Assembly: GCF_009914755.1 (NCBI RefSeq)
Contig: NC_060931.1
DNA length: 64,000 nucleotides
Strand: one strand, 5' to 3'
DNA from: the human T2T-CHM13v2.0 reference genome, Homo sapiens
Below, in pieces: positions 29,886-45,102 of the stretch. Position 1 is the stretch's first letter, and every line of letters starts with the position of its first letter. Below the pieces are notes generated by a model that saw only the letters and a list, made by a program, of their open reading frames with translations, did no database searches and was not told the origin of the DNA. Both the position numbers and the translations under genes were made by a program.

Positions 29886-31135
29886 AAATGTAATTAGAAG
29901 TAGGGTTCCCCAGCTCACACACATGAGAATCTCTGAGCTAGATATACTCAAATAGCCACTAAAACATATTTAATAGATTCAAGATAATTAAATCTGGAGA
30001 ATCAGTTAAAGAGTGGAAAGAGAAGAATTACTGCAGTCTTCCAAAGTAACCTTAAAATAAAGTGAGTTGTAGGATAATGTCACAAAGGTAGGAATGCTCC
30101 TCAGTGGTTGTCAATTAAAACTCCCTTGTGCCTTGTTGATCAACCATTTAAAAATATGCGTGGAGTCACTGTGTATCCTTTGGTAATTGGCTCATATCTT
30201 ACATTTTGCTCTTCCTAGAACATGCCATTTTCAGACTCCATTATAGAAACATTGGGCACTGCTGCTAATGGATCCTCCTTTGACTTATGCTCATGGAAGA
30301 GCTCCAGGTGAACACATTTTACTGATGGCTCAGGATGAGCTATTATTAACCTTCAAATTTGTTGCTTCATTTTTGTTTCTTCCCTTGTTATCTTGTCCTT
30401 CCACTCCTCTTTTAATTTATTGTAAGGAGATAATTGAGAAAGGTACTTTTTTTCTCTTGTTTTGTTTTCTAAACCAAGAGACTACCTCAAAATAAATAGT
30501 AGATTATTGTAGAATTCATTGTTATTTAGGAGCTAGAATGTACTCAGTTGTTGAACTACAAAAAAAAATATGATTTTTATTTCTTTATGAGAATTATTTT
30601 ATGGTCATTAGCCAAAAATCTAGGAGAGAGTCTTACTTGAAGCAAAACTCCGATTAGTTATTTCCATTCTAGCAGTCTACTGACATGGACGTTTCCAACA
30701 CACGTAAGATACTGCACATACACGTGACATGCTGTTCTTTTTACTTCAAAACATATGAGAGATGTCCTTCTCACAATAATCCATCATTAGGTACTCCTAA
30801 ATTTAGATTCTCTGTCTTGACATTTTGCCTATACCTGTGAGTGACTCTAGGGAGGACCAAAAGGATCTTTCCTTTCTCCTCTGGGTTGAGATCCTTGGAA
30901 TTTCCCTTATTTCCTTCATTTCTCTGGAGCCTTATGGCCACCTTTTTAAGGCCCTACCTCTTAATACTGTTGCATGGCAATCAATGTGAGTTTTGAAGGG
31001 GACATTCAAACCATAGCTTTTTTCTGTGTTGTGAGGAAACTGCAAGACATTGTTTGGGTCTTGGATGATTAGAAATGTGGAAATGATCTGTGGTAACAGT
31101 AACAGAAGCAAGAAAGGTCTGTTGACTATTTTCTT

Positions 31136-31456
31136 TTGTCTGTCTGTCTGTCTGTCTGTCCATCCATCCAATAAAGATAGGGTCTCACTCTGTTGCCCAG
31201 GCTGGGGAGCAGTGGTGCACTCATGGTTCACTGCAACCTTGCACTCCTGGACTCAAGCTATCTTCCTGCCTCAGCCTCCCAAGTACCTGAAACTACAGTT
31301 GCACCTCACCATGCTGGCCTAATTTTTTAATTTTGTGTAGAGATAGGGTCTTGTTACATTGCCCAGGCTGGTCTGTAACTCCTGGCCTCAAGTGATCCTC
31401 CCATCTCGGCCTCCCATAGCGCTGGAATTAAGGGCATGAGCCGTCACACCTGGCCG
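31136..31456 (-). mobile_element. AluJ-like element with (TCTG)n(TCCA)n at the tail
   Basis: Diverged Alu body preceded by tetranucleotide repeats. Confidence 0.88.
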
Positions 31457-32049
31457 ATTTTTTTTCTTCTTTTGTAGGAGAAACAGAATAGGTGGATTTC
31501 TGTCAGTGTTTCTGGGATGACAGGCAAACTCTTCACAGTTCTTTTCTTGAAGGTTGCAAACCTTTGTTTTTTGTTCCTCCCTTCATGTTTTTGACATCCA
31601 GGGAGCTCTCACCAGCAATTTGAAGGTGAGGATGGGATAAGTATCATCATAGCCGCTACTAGTCAGGAGAGACAGGAAAACGTAGAGTTCTAGTTCTTGC
31701 TGCTGGAACTGTATTAGAGAGGAGAGTATTTCTAGCTTCAGTTGGACCACTAAATGTGTTTTCCCCCCAAACGTTGCATACATGATCATTATATTTATAT
31801 ATATAGGACATAACCTATATATTGTTTCTCTTAAGCTTCACCTACATTTATAGTGAGGCTTTTTGTGTTTTGTCTTGAATAACCAGCTGCTTTATTTAGA
31901 GTTGATTCCATGGAAAATATTTTGTGTGTCAAACTCCATCACAATATCAGGGTTCAGTACTCCGTTTTAGACTTTTCCTGCACTACTGTGATCTGGATCC
32001 TTTTATTCAACCTGCGAATTCCTTGGAAACATAAAATGATACTAAGCAC

Positions 32050-32310
32050 ATTGTAGGATATATAGTTGAAAAAACTGTTCTTGGAGAAACAGACTGAAGT
32101 TTGAATAATGAACCTACTCTATGTGTGACCTTGAGCAAGACACTTCATGCCCCTTAATCCCCTGCCATGAGCCTCCATTTTTTCATCTCTATGGTAGATA
32201 ATAATATTATAGGAATATTATTAGGATGAAGTGAGTATTTTTATGTAAAGGATTCAGCAAAGTGCCAGTTTCTTAGTAGATGTTTGGTAAATCAGAATCA
32301 GCCCCTTTCC
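32050..32310. mobile_element. MIR
   Basis: tgtgtgaccttgagcaag...gcctccattttttcatct...gtaaag core. Confidence 0.7.
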
Positions 32311-33500
32311 CTTCTTTTCCTTTTTTTCTACATATCCAGGATAATAACTTGGCACCTGTCTTAACCTAAAGTATAACGCGAGAGCTACACAAGAATAAAA
32401 TATAATTGAGCACAATATTGACAAGACGTTTACTTGTCTTATGATGAGAATAATGAATTTATTTCTATTTGGGAGATTATCTTTTATAAATAATACTGTA
32501 ATCAATATACTTTTTCAGCCCTTTCTTGAAACATGGATTTCTCACTGAGCAAACTTTATGTAAAAACATAATTACTATTTGCTCCTAGTTGGTTTGTAGG
32601 TAGAATTCACTTGGTCTAAAAAGACATTCTTTCTCGTTTTTTGTTTGTGCATATGTTCATTCAACAAATATGTACTGTGTGCTTATTCCCCGGGAGAAAC
32701 TATCTTAGGCACAAAGAATACAATTATGAACAAAATAGTATTGTTGTTATTAATAATAATGACACACTACCTAAGAGTTGAGTGCAATAGGTAATTCTTT
32801 CCTTGAAGGGGCTTGTTGTCTGGATTTTCTTCCTGTGTCCAGCAGCAGCTCACCCTTGGGTAATACAGTACCATCACTAATTCTGATTTACTTGACTTTG
32901 CTGTCATAGTAAATCATTTGAGGGCAAGGATAAGTATTTTACCTTTGTTTTCTTCTTGATATAGCAACAAACCCAAGGTCACATACTTGTAACAAGGTTA
33001 CCTTTGTGACAAGTTTAGTGGTGGTGGTAGGAGCAGCAACAGCATTAAGCCATAATGATCGCATGTGCTTTAAGAATAAGCACTTACTAAGGAATGTAAT
33101 CTAAAAGAACCCCTCTGGCAGGGTGACAGCTGTGAATTCAGGGAACTCTTGAACCATTCAGCTGGCTCTTAGAGCCAATTAAAGACCCCATTTATTGATG
33201 CAGTCAGGAGTTCCATATTTATTATACTGTATACTATTTCATAATCCTTAGAAAGTAGTTATGAAGCAAAATATTTGCTATAAAAGAATTCACCTTCACT
33301 GTGGTTCTTTTCTACGTGGAAAGGCCAATTTAAAAATCAGGACACATTAAAAATGTCAGATGGGGCATGCCGCTTCCTATGGCTCAAAAAGTCATGATCA
33401 TTTTATGCTATTTTCATTGGAGCACTTAGTACAAGATGGTTATAATTTCAACATCTATACATTTAATATTGATTATTTTTAATTGAAAAATAAAGAGTAG

Positions 33501-34104
<604 letters not shown>

Positions 34105-35106
34105 TAGGGGGAATGATGGCTAACACTATCTAATGTTTTTATAAATTAAAAAAAAGTAAAAATTAAGACTAGAGAAAGTTCTTTCTGTCCTGCTAAGTGT
34201 TCCCAGCAAATTTCTAAATCTTTCACTTACAGTAATATTTCCACAAAAATAAGGCAAGCATGTTTTACACATTTGTTGTAAAGTTGGTCTCATTAATGAT
34301 ATTGACTAGTATTGTGTTGCCTAAAGTAACAAGAACAACATTTTTTGAATTTGGACTTTCTTTCTCCCTAGTTTGTGAAATCAGTTAGATCGTTCTGTGT
34401 TTGGCAATTCTAATGGAAAAGGAGAAGAGCATACTAGGCACAGAACACTGTACTGAATGCCCTTATCTACGTTACTTCCCTTAAACATCACCACAAGTCT
34501 TTGAAAAAGTTTATTGCAATCCTTATTTTATAAATGGGAATGCTGACGCTCAGAGAATTTAAATAATTTTATCACACTTATGCTAATAATGAATAGTGGT
34601 CTGATGTTTGACACAAGATCATTTTGATTCTTCCCTCTGTTCCATAGTCATTTCAGTGAGAATCCTGTTTCTATTTCTTTCTGAGGCTTTGGTTTCTGTT
34701 TGTGTTTTATTAATATGACAATATTTATTACAAACCACATTAAACTCTAGTTGGGTAGAATCAAGGAATAAATAAATGTGGAATCTTATTACTTAAAAGT
34801 AAATGAATTCTAAAAGAAGGGACCAGCCTATGAACACTAAGATGTTGTCATTCCAGCAGTTATCAGGTGGCCTTGGTGCCTGTTGCCAGCTGCCTGGGAC
34901 AGCGTGTCAAATCATCGTCCTTGTAATACTATTGTCAGTTTCCCTTGCATTCCACCCATCCATCATCATTCGACATTTTCTCTGGTGCCTATCACCTGGC
35001 CTCTCACAGCTGCAATTAGACTATAAATATAATGAAGGGAAGGAGTGCTCTGACCTGTCCAGTGCTCTAACCAGGATTGAACAACATGTTCCTTAAGAAG
35101 GCTCCT

Positions 35107-35394
35107 GGCCAGCGACGGTGGCTCACAGCTGTAATCCCAGCACTTTGTGGGGCTGAGGCAGGTGGATCACTTGAGGTCAGGAGTTTGAGACTAGCCTGGC
35201 CAACGTGGTGAAACCCTGTCTCTACTAAAAATACAAAAATTAGCTAAGCATGTTGGTGCGTGCCTGTAATCCCAGCTACTCAGGAGGCTGAGACAGGAGA
35301 ATCGCTTGAACCTGGGAGGCGGAGGTTGCAGTGAACTGAGATCTCACCAGTGTACACCAGCCTAGGGAACAGAGCAAGACTCCATCTCCAAAAA
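35107..35394 (+). mobile_element. AluS element
   Basis: Full body; imperfect TSD aagaaggctcct/aaaaaggttcct. Confidence 0.93.
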
Positions 35395-37779
35395 AAAAAG
35401 GTTCCTGACAGTAGGTCCCAGGTTATTTGATCATGAGAAGGCTCATGAGGAAAAGTGAGTTTTGTTTCTCACCCAGAATACTGAAATGCTGAAGTAGATT
35501 TCCGGGGGTCAGGACTCAGACCTTATGATTTTTGGCCGTGACCTTTACTTTTGTTTCTGACAGCTTGATTTTCAAGAATATTTTCATTGGGTTGGCTCTA
35601 TTTATTGGTAATGTAGTAAGAAACATTTGACTTCTCATCTTCAAGAGGAAATCGTGACAAATGCAGTATAGATGGCACTTGGTAATGAAACTGGAAGAGT
35701 ATATGAGGTTCCTGTAGGTGGAATTCTGTTTAGGTGTTGGGGTAGGGAGGAGAGTCTCTTTTTTCATATTTCTGCCCGAACTTTACTTTTTATTTAGCTT
35801 AACTGCACTATGTGAATCAGTAGTCATCCTTCTGTAGCTAGCAGGGGTTTAGAACTAATGAAAGTATTATTTAGTATCTAATCTCATACCCTGTCAATGT
35901 GCGTATATTTTCACAGCCAAATCTTCCTCTCACTGACATTTCTAGTGACTCTGACGTTTTATTTTTGGTATTGTAGCTTATCTTTTGTTGTTTTTGTTCT
36001 CTGTAATATGGTCATCAACAAACGTTTATTAAGCACACCTACTCCCTATACAGCTTTGAGGATACAGGGAGATTTGCTTACCTGTATTAGTTTTTGACAG
36101 TTGCTTACATTGATTCGGGTTTTGACAGTTTACATTTATTAGGCTTTCACACATACTGTCTCATCTAATTGCTATAACATTTTAGCAAGTTAGGTCTTTT
36201 TTCCTTTCATTCAGCAAATGTATTCTTGTATAATCACTTTCCAGGAAGTTACATTCCTGGTGGGAAAAAGTGACATAAGGAAGAAAACACATAGTAACAG
36301 AAGTGACTTGTGTTAAGGTTCATAATGGGTTATTTTATACATAGTCACTGTTAATGAAATTGTGGACTTTGAGACAGGGGCATTTGACAGTTTGGGGATA
36401 GATGTGGGACCTAAAGAAATGGTACGAGGGGAGAGGGACCTCCAGATGGTAGCGCAGTGTGGCTGAGGCATAGAGGTGCGCATGCATAGAGCGCAACTAT
36501 ACATGAAGGTTTTCATTTGACTGGAGCCAGGTTAGTCAGGTCTGAATTTAATTAATGAGTACCTAATATCATAGCACTTAAGAATATTTAGAAACCATTG
36601 GAAATCATCTAGTCTATCTCGTAAAGGTTATCAAAAGACATGTTCATATTGAGTCGATTATTATATTATTTTTATGTAGACTTATTTATCTGTTCCTGAA
36701 GTGTGGAATATATCCTAGTTTCTTCTATACACATCTCTTTCATGAATCAATTCTGACTAGATTTTATAATCTTAAAAGGAAATATGTTGTTAAAGAAGTT
36801 ATATTTATTTATCATTTTTGTAACCGTACCATATGACCTTTCAAGGAGGATTTTATTAAAAGTGTAGTGTTTGTGTCAGTCTTCATGCTTTCCTTAACTC
36901 AGCAAAACTTAGCAGCACCTTCATATCTCTGATGCAAATATTGTACAAGATGGATTTTTTTTAAATGAGAAAAAACAGTCCATGATTTTTAATTAAGGGT
37001 TGAGTATGCCATTGTATTTTTTGTTATTCTTAAGAAAACGTATGCTCTGATTAGTTGGTAGAAACAACTGATCCAAATGTCTAGACTCTGATGCCTCTGG
37101 GAAGTCCTGATGATCCAGGGTATGGATTTCTGAAGCTTCACATGTTTTTATCAGTCGATTTCCAAGATGCCCAGAGACCATTAAGATAGATAATAAATCA
37201 AGGGAGATTTAGCTGTGTTTGGTAACATACAAAGAACTATACTCAGAAAGAAAATGTTTAATTAAAAGAAGGAAACCAAATGTTGCGAGTGTAGATTGCT
37301 AGGGTTTTGAGGAAGCCCACTAAATAGTAGCCATCTTTCCTGCTGGGGTTTTGAAACTATTGAGAAATAATTAAGGTAGATAGTTAGTGAAATGTCACTT
37401 TTATATTGATTTATGCTAGATTGAAGGATATAACCCAGTTTGAGAATCAAACAAAGCTTGCTAACTGAACATCACAATTAAACAGATTTACTCACCCATT
37501 TAGAAAAGATGTTGGCCCACTTCAAGCCTTCTCTGACAAAGCGGGGCCTTTATAGCTAAACTTACACCAGACACCACTGAACTATCTTCAGGCATTCTAG
37601 TTTCTAAAGTGGAATATGGGAGTTGCTAAGCCATGCATGCCCAGCCTTTTCTTTTCAATTTTTATCAGTCAGGCGTTATATCACTTCCCCTGGAGTGGGT
37701 AAAAGGTGGAGAGAGGTCAGAGATTACATTAGTTGAACTTCATTATAGTGGCAAGAAACATAAGTGGGGGTAGAGTGTT

Positions 37780-38466
37780 CTTCCCAACATCCAAAGTGAT
37801 ACATCTTTTCACATTCTAAACTCTCTGAAATTAGGATGTATCTGAAATCAGTGGCTGCCTACTGGAAACCAGTCATGGTGAATTGTCACCCACACAGTGT
37901 GTGTGAGCTTGGGTTACTCCTTGCACCATGACCCTTCATTGTTTCCGTTAATGAAGCAATTAAGGACCATTTGAGGAAAGAGTATGAGTCCTGGTCGGAA
38001 TAGGAAAGCCTTCTGTTTAAACCTTCTGATAGCATCAAGAAAGCATCAACTTTAAACTTTGCAGGATGGATATCAGCAGCGTGGAATAAAATATAGGATG
38101 CAGCATGGAGCACTGCTTTATGAAACACACGCTGTTGGTGACACTGGATGACAATGTTTAGAAAACAAGGACATTGAAAACTCTTTAGTCAGAGTGATTC
38201 GGAAGAGCTAGACTTCAAATATTATTTAGTGTTAAGAATACCTTAACAAACTTATTTTTCTTATATTTCCTTATTGAATGTGCCTGAGAGGTTTATGGTA
38301 ACCATTTGTTTATGTAAAAAGCCAAAGGAGCTATTCAATAAGGAAAAGGAAACATTCCAAGAAAGCATTATATAGTTTAAATAGCAGGACTTTTTTTTTT
38401 CTTAGTGATACATAAAATAATAGTGTGTCTTATAATCATTGGGGTCTTAGATATGATAAAGTGTGA
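37780..38466 (+). mobile_element. Kanga1/MER104-type (TcMar-Tc2) DNA transposon with a transposase C-terminal remnant
   Basis: MER104-like ends (tttcacattctaaactctctgaaattaggatgtatc; gtgtcttataatcattggggtcttagat). From 37941 the frame reads VSVNEAIKDHLRKEYESWSE*...FAGWISAAWNKI, a pogo/Tc2 DDE tail. Confidence 0.78.
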
Positions 38467-38690
38467 TCAGTTAGGCTTATATGAATCTCTGCTCCAATCT
38501 TTACACATGCAGCAACTTTGAATGGCAGGCACTTCATCCTTTCTCTGAAAGCTTTATGTGCCATACTATCCAAGATGGACACTGGTCATTAGAGACCAAA
38601 ATTTTCACCTTAACTGAATTGTAGCCTTGCACTGTTCCTTTAAATGTCGCATTTATTCTTACTGTGAGTCCATGTTCTTACTCAGAGTAA

Positions 38691-39035
<345 letters not shown>

Positions 39036-39233
39036 TGAAAATTCTAATCTATTGTTTATTCAAGTGAGGAAGACCAGATGAAGTCATTCAAAATAATTTC
39101 GTACATACCGAAGGTTACTGTTTGCAAAGATGGTCCTAATTATGACAGTATAGGACTCATCTAGATATGCTTGGTTTGTTTATTTATAAAAGTTTCAATG
39201 AGCTAAGTCTGTTTTTTTTCTTTCTTCTGAAAG

Positions 39234-39330
39234 GGGGTCCTGATGACAACTTAATTGAAGGTGGAGGAACAAAATTTGTCTGCAAACCTGGAGCCAGAAA
39301 CATTACCGTCATATTCCACCCATTACTAAG
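39234..39330 (+). CDS. EXOC4: Internal coding exon (97 nt, phase 1 in / phase 2 out) of exocyst complex component 4 (Sec8); probably exon 10
   Basis: Polypyrimidine tract and AG acceptor (gttttttttctttcttctgaaAG, ending 39233); strong donor AG|gtaagt at 39331. The frame reads (G)[31 protein letters not shown](R), recognised as EXOC4 protein sequence. It is absent from the ORF track because it is an isolated short exon. Confidence 0.96.
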
Positions 39331-39627
39331 GTAAGTCAAGTGCTATGATATACTTACTGAAGATCAATATTTTCATTATTTATGCTGGTCTACTGAATGC
39401 CAGTTGTTGAGTCAGCACTGAAACAAGTCATAAAAGAAATTTATTCCATTTTTAGGGCCTCACTATTAAAGTTAGTCAGTTTAGCAGATAATCTCAATCC
39501 CACTGAGTAGCTACTTATTTTCAGGAGTAAATACTTTTATTTGATTTTCTTTTTTTCACACTCGCTACCTCTGTCCCTCTCCTGCCCTCTTCCCTTCCCT
39601 CCCTCCCTCTCTCTGTTTTATCTATCT

Positions 39628-39843
39628 CAGGAGTTGGAAACTGCTTACTGGAGAAATCTACTCTGCACACGTATTTTTAAATACATTTTTATTGACACAC
39701 AGACATGCTTATTTGTTTATGTATTGCCCATAGCTGCTTTTGTGCTACAAGTGCAGACTTTTAATTGCAACAGGACTCATATGGCCCACAAAGCCTGAAA
39801 TACTTATTTTCTGGCCCTTTACAGGAAAAAATTGCAAACCCAT
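39628..39843. mobile_element. MER58A (hAT-Charlie MITE)
   Basis: caggagttggaaact...ttttattgacacacag...tatggcccacaaagcctgaaatactta...tggcccttttacaggaaaaaattgc. Confidence 0.82.
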
Positions 39844-40104
39844 AATCTGTCCCTCTCATTTACACCAATGTCTGAGATATCCTTTGAGAATTGGCAGGTC
39901 TCTGAAATATGATTTATAAAAAATGAAAGACATATACATCAAACATATGTTTTTATATATTGAATGATAACATGATATGACTAGAGTGAAATCTATTCTA
40001 ATGCTCAGTTCATTGTGATAACATGATTATAGGAAAGTAAGAATCCATGGTGCCTCCATTAAAGAAAAAATATAAATCCTAAATACTTTTAAAAAGGTAC
40101 TTTA

Positions 40105-40280
40105 TGAGAGTGGAAAAAAGGGGCAATTGTTGAGTAGATAAAACGTTTCAGTTTATGATAAAAAAGTTCTAGAGATCTGTTACATAACCATGTGCGCATA
40201 GTTAACACTACTGTATGGTACATTTAAAAAAGGTTGATGGTAAATGTAATGTTATGTATTTTTTTACCACAATTTTTAAA
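40105..40280 (+). mobile_element. L1M 3' terminal fragment
   Basis: gtttcagttt...aaaagttctagagatctgtt...atagttaacactactgta...taccacaattttt. Confidence 0.8.
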
Positions 40281-42603
40281 ATGCACCTTTTGGGATCCAG
40301 ATATCTAATATATCAATTGTGTGTTTTCTCTGTAAAGAACCAGAGTATATATTTGTGGCATTTTCGCATAATAGAGCAGAAACTCCTGGATTTACTAAAT
40401 GTTAGGTACTTCAGAATATCACCTTACCTTTCTCACATCACTTCTATAATATTTGAGGCATTTAGAATAACAGTTAAACAAATGCTGTTGAATTGACCAG
40501 ATATAATATTATGTATATTTTCTCCAAGCATAAACAGTTTATTACTACAATTATCCTACCTTCTCATTAACCGAGACTTACTAAATTGATACCATTAGAA
40601 CTAATTACATTCTAATCTCTTATATAGCTAACCAGTGTTCTAAATCGTAGTGGATTAGTTTCCTCAATTGATTTTAAATACAAAAACATAAATATGTAAA
40701 TTAAATAACAAAAACTTGACTTTCACACAATAAAAAGTTTTTAAAGAAATTTTATTGCCTTTAAGAAGTCTGTTGTAGCAGAGATTTGTAGCAGGTAAAT
40801 TCATTTAGGAACCATGGGATTAAGAAAATTAAGACTATTAAGAGGTTAAGAGAATTAAAACTATTTCTCTGTAGGTTTAGTTGATAAGTACTATATGTAT
40901 ATAATAAGTAAATTATAACATACAGAATTATAGATTAAATAACATTGATTATTTTTATTTGACTTTGGTAATTAGTTTAGTTTTCACTGTCTTCTTCAAT
41001 TACAATTGATTTCTACTTAGGTAATGTTGCTAATTGTTAGAAATTGGAAAATACCTTAATCATGATAGGCATCTTCTAACCTAGATTTAATGCCATAATT
41101 TGCTGCTAAGTTGGAACTCTTGTGCTTACATTTATTCCCAAGTAGAAAAGAAACCCTTTAGAAACTATTAACCGTGTTGTCAGTAACCACTTTTCAAGAG
41201 ATTTTTCCTCTAAGTTTTTTCTTTTTAAATGTGAAGTTAGAATGAAATATATATACACACACATATATGTAAATATATATGTTAGTACTTATTTTACACT
41301 TAATAAAATGCATTTTTTTGTAGAAGACTCTGGTGGAACTTAATGTATTACAGTTCTTGACAGCTACTTGTTAAGTCTTTATAAATGCTGCTTTGCTAGA
41401 TAGTTGTTTCAAGGCTTGGTAATACTCCCACTGGTTTTACTCACTTACTTGGTTTCTACCTTCATTCAGAATTTTAACTTACTAGTGATTAAAACCGGAA
41501 AAAGTTTGTTCCCTGATGTAGTTTATCATTCATTCTTTCTCTGTGTATCTCTTAATGGAAATCCCCAAAATATTATGTGGTCTGAAAGGTAAGTTCATTC
41601 TTTGATAAACGGATGACTATGATGGAGTTTAAATTAGCCCTTGGCCCAAATTGCAACCTTGTCAAAAACTCCTGATTGGCTTGTGGAACTTGAAATGACT
41701 AAGATCTTTTAGTGGATTTTTACTTTTTTTATTTGAGTTTTCACACTTCAGCATTTCCTGAGTGTTGGATTTATTATTTCTTCTAAAGTTCAGAAGTTTA
41801 GTTTTTGTAATGAAACGAACCAGTGTTCATTATCACGCTTGTGTATTTTATTAGTACTATTATAATTCAAAATTTTTCTTTTATATTCAACAAATATTTA
41901 TTGAATACTTATGATGCATATTTTCCTATCTCCAAGTTAGATGTGGTCTCTTGTTCAGATGTAGTTACTCTTATTTTTATGAGACTATGTAAATAAAATT
42001 GTGTAGATATGTTTTCTATTCTTTAGAATGGTCATTGCTTTTATTCTATGCTAGTTTAAGTGAGTATGAGTTAGCATTCTGTTATTTGAAAGATAGTGTA
42101 GCCTAATGGGAGAGGCAGTGCAGAAGAATGAAAGCTGGAAAAATGTACAGGATTGCAAATTTCAAATGAAAAACATGACAAATAATCTTGGTTCAGGAAT
42201 AGGCTCCTTCACTTTAGTTTTACTCAATGCTTGTTACTAGACTCTGATTATGCCATGTCCTGGGGAAAGAAAAAAATAAGATCATATCCTTACCTGCAAG
42301 CTCCTCTCTTGGTAGCTGCATGGGTTGCAAAAATGAAGAAGCCTGAAAACACCACATATTGGCGAGGACATGGATCAGTGGGATGTCCTATACCTTGTGG
42401 GAGGATATAAATTGGTTCAGCCTCTCTCAAAACTGGTTTGACATGATTGAGAAATCACATTTCCTGTTACTCAGCAGTTCCCTCTCCTAATGCTCTTGAA
42501 TGTGTTTCTACTTGTTATCAACTGACTCATATTATTTTTCTGTCCCAATTTGCCAAACTCTTTTTCTAATTGATTACAATAATTATTCTATATTTATAAC
42601 TTA

Positions 42604-42911
<308 letters not shown>

Positions 42912-43641
42912 AAAATAAGTTCTAGAGGAACTTATCACAAGTTGACTTTTATCAAAAGTCAGGACCTATTTAAACATTGTATCATTTTTTTTTCTTACGT
43001 GGTCTCTTGGCAAACTCAGATTTGTTTTCAGTGGAGGGAGAATCCCTTTCAAGTGCGTAGGTCCTTCACTTTCCTTTGCTACTTTTTCCCTATGTCTGGT
43101 GTCACTGGTACTCTGTCTTCCTGAAACTTTGCATGACTGTTCTATGCACTTCATTTATTAAAATCATTCAGTTCATAATTTTCATTCAGCTAGCAGTGCG
43201 TTCTTTGCAGCCTAGCGGGTTTCTATATTGACAATTCCAACCACCCTTCTAAGAATACCACAGAGCAGTTTCCCGTTATGCTGGTTTATATATTCTCAGC
43301 AGTCGTTTTTACTCTCCTTTCATAAAATTATTATACCGGGTCCTCAATTCTGGTAATCTTGCTAACTTATTTTTATACTGTTCTCATAGCTACTGCAGTT
43401 CCATCACTAGGAAATCTCACAGGATGTTAGCGTCAAATATACTGACTTCTAATTTGTTCATTCCCCATTAACTCCGCTTATCCCTTTACTTGTTTATTTA
43501 ATGCTTTCCTTATTGTTTTTTCTTTACAGTCAGGCATGTCTCTTAGAGAGTAAATTTCTGGAAAGAAATGGGCTTTAGTATTATCTTCCTTGCTTTACTC
43601 TTAGCCTACCAAGACATTGTCTGTAATTAAACCTTTAATGA

Positions 43642-43968
<327 letters not shown>

Positions 43969-44959
43969 AATAATGGGTCATCTAATCAGTGTTTCTGCCT
44001 GTGGGTCTAAATGAACAAAACCGTATTAAAACAAAGGTTTCTAGCCATGCCCGGATAGATTCTGAAATACTTTCCCTAAAATACAGACTCTGAAAATGAT
44101 ATAACTGATGGCTTTTTTTCTTCCATTGACATGTTTCCTGTCTTTCAGCTCTCTCTAGAAGACTTTAAGACGAATGAATTCATTCTTATAAATGGAATTT
44201 ATGTTATGGGCCTTGATTTTGGGGAACAGAAGGAAGATATGTTAATGTTGGAATTTGAGTGACATTATTTCTCTTCTTTTGTGTAGTTCTGACATGGATT
44301 TAGGTTTCTTTCCAAAAATAATTATTTTTGAATAATTACATCATGGTAATTATTAACCATGATCTGCATATAAAGGAACCTTTGGCAATGAAGTACATTT
44401 TATTGCAGTATCAACCACAATTTAAATCAGAGTGACACTTTTTGTTACAATTAATATATAATGTAGTCTTTTCAGGAAATTTGAAAGTACTTTGTAGCTG
44501 TTATTTGTGGGATTTGTGGGGAGAAGGAGTGAGAATTTATTTTTCTCTTTGTGTTTTCATTCATTTCTTATTCTTTATTCTCTCCAAGTCTAAAAACAGA
44601 TAATTTATTGTGCCTTAGATTTGTTAGTACAGTTCTTTCATGTAGCAAACACAGGTGAGAACACAAGTTATTTCTTAGAAAATCTAAATGCTTGCACCTA
44701 ACCAGAAGTATCATTCAGAAAATACTCTAATGCCTTTTTTTCTTCCTGGACCAATAAGGTATATTGGTAGGAGCATTGCTAAATTGAAACAAAGTCATGC
44801 CTTTGACAGGTGCACTTAGCACCTCATAACCACAGAGTCCCAGTTAAACAGGTGGAATTGTCAAAGAAGGATGGCAGCACTTAATGCAGCCCATCACTGC
44901 TTTAGAAACAGGGTTTAGCTAGGACATGACTCAGGAACAAGTACACCCTGGCCCAAGGA

Positions 44960-45102
44960 AACCTTCCGAGTCCTCACATGGCCTCTTCCCTGTGCACTGG
45001 GACAGAGCTCCCTGGAGTCCCTTCCTCTTACAAGAATATCAGCTCTATGGGATCAGGGCCCTGCCATTGTGACCTCATTTGACCTTAATTACCTCCTTTA
45101 GA
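44960..45102. mobile_element. MaLR LTR fragment (MLT1A-like)
   Basis: gtcctcacatggcc...ggatcagggccc...tgacctcatttgaccttaattacctcct. Confidence 0.7.
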
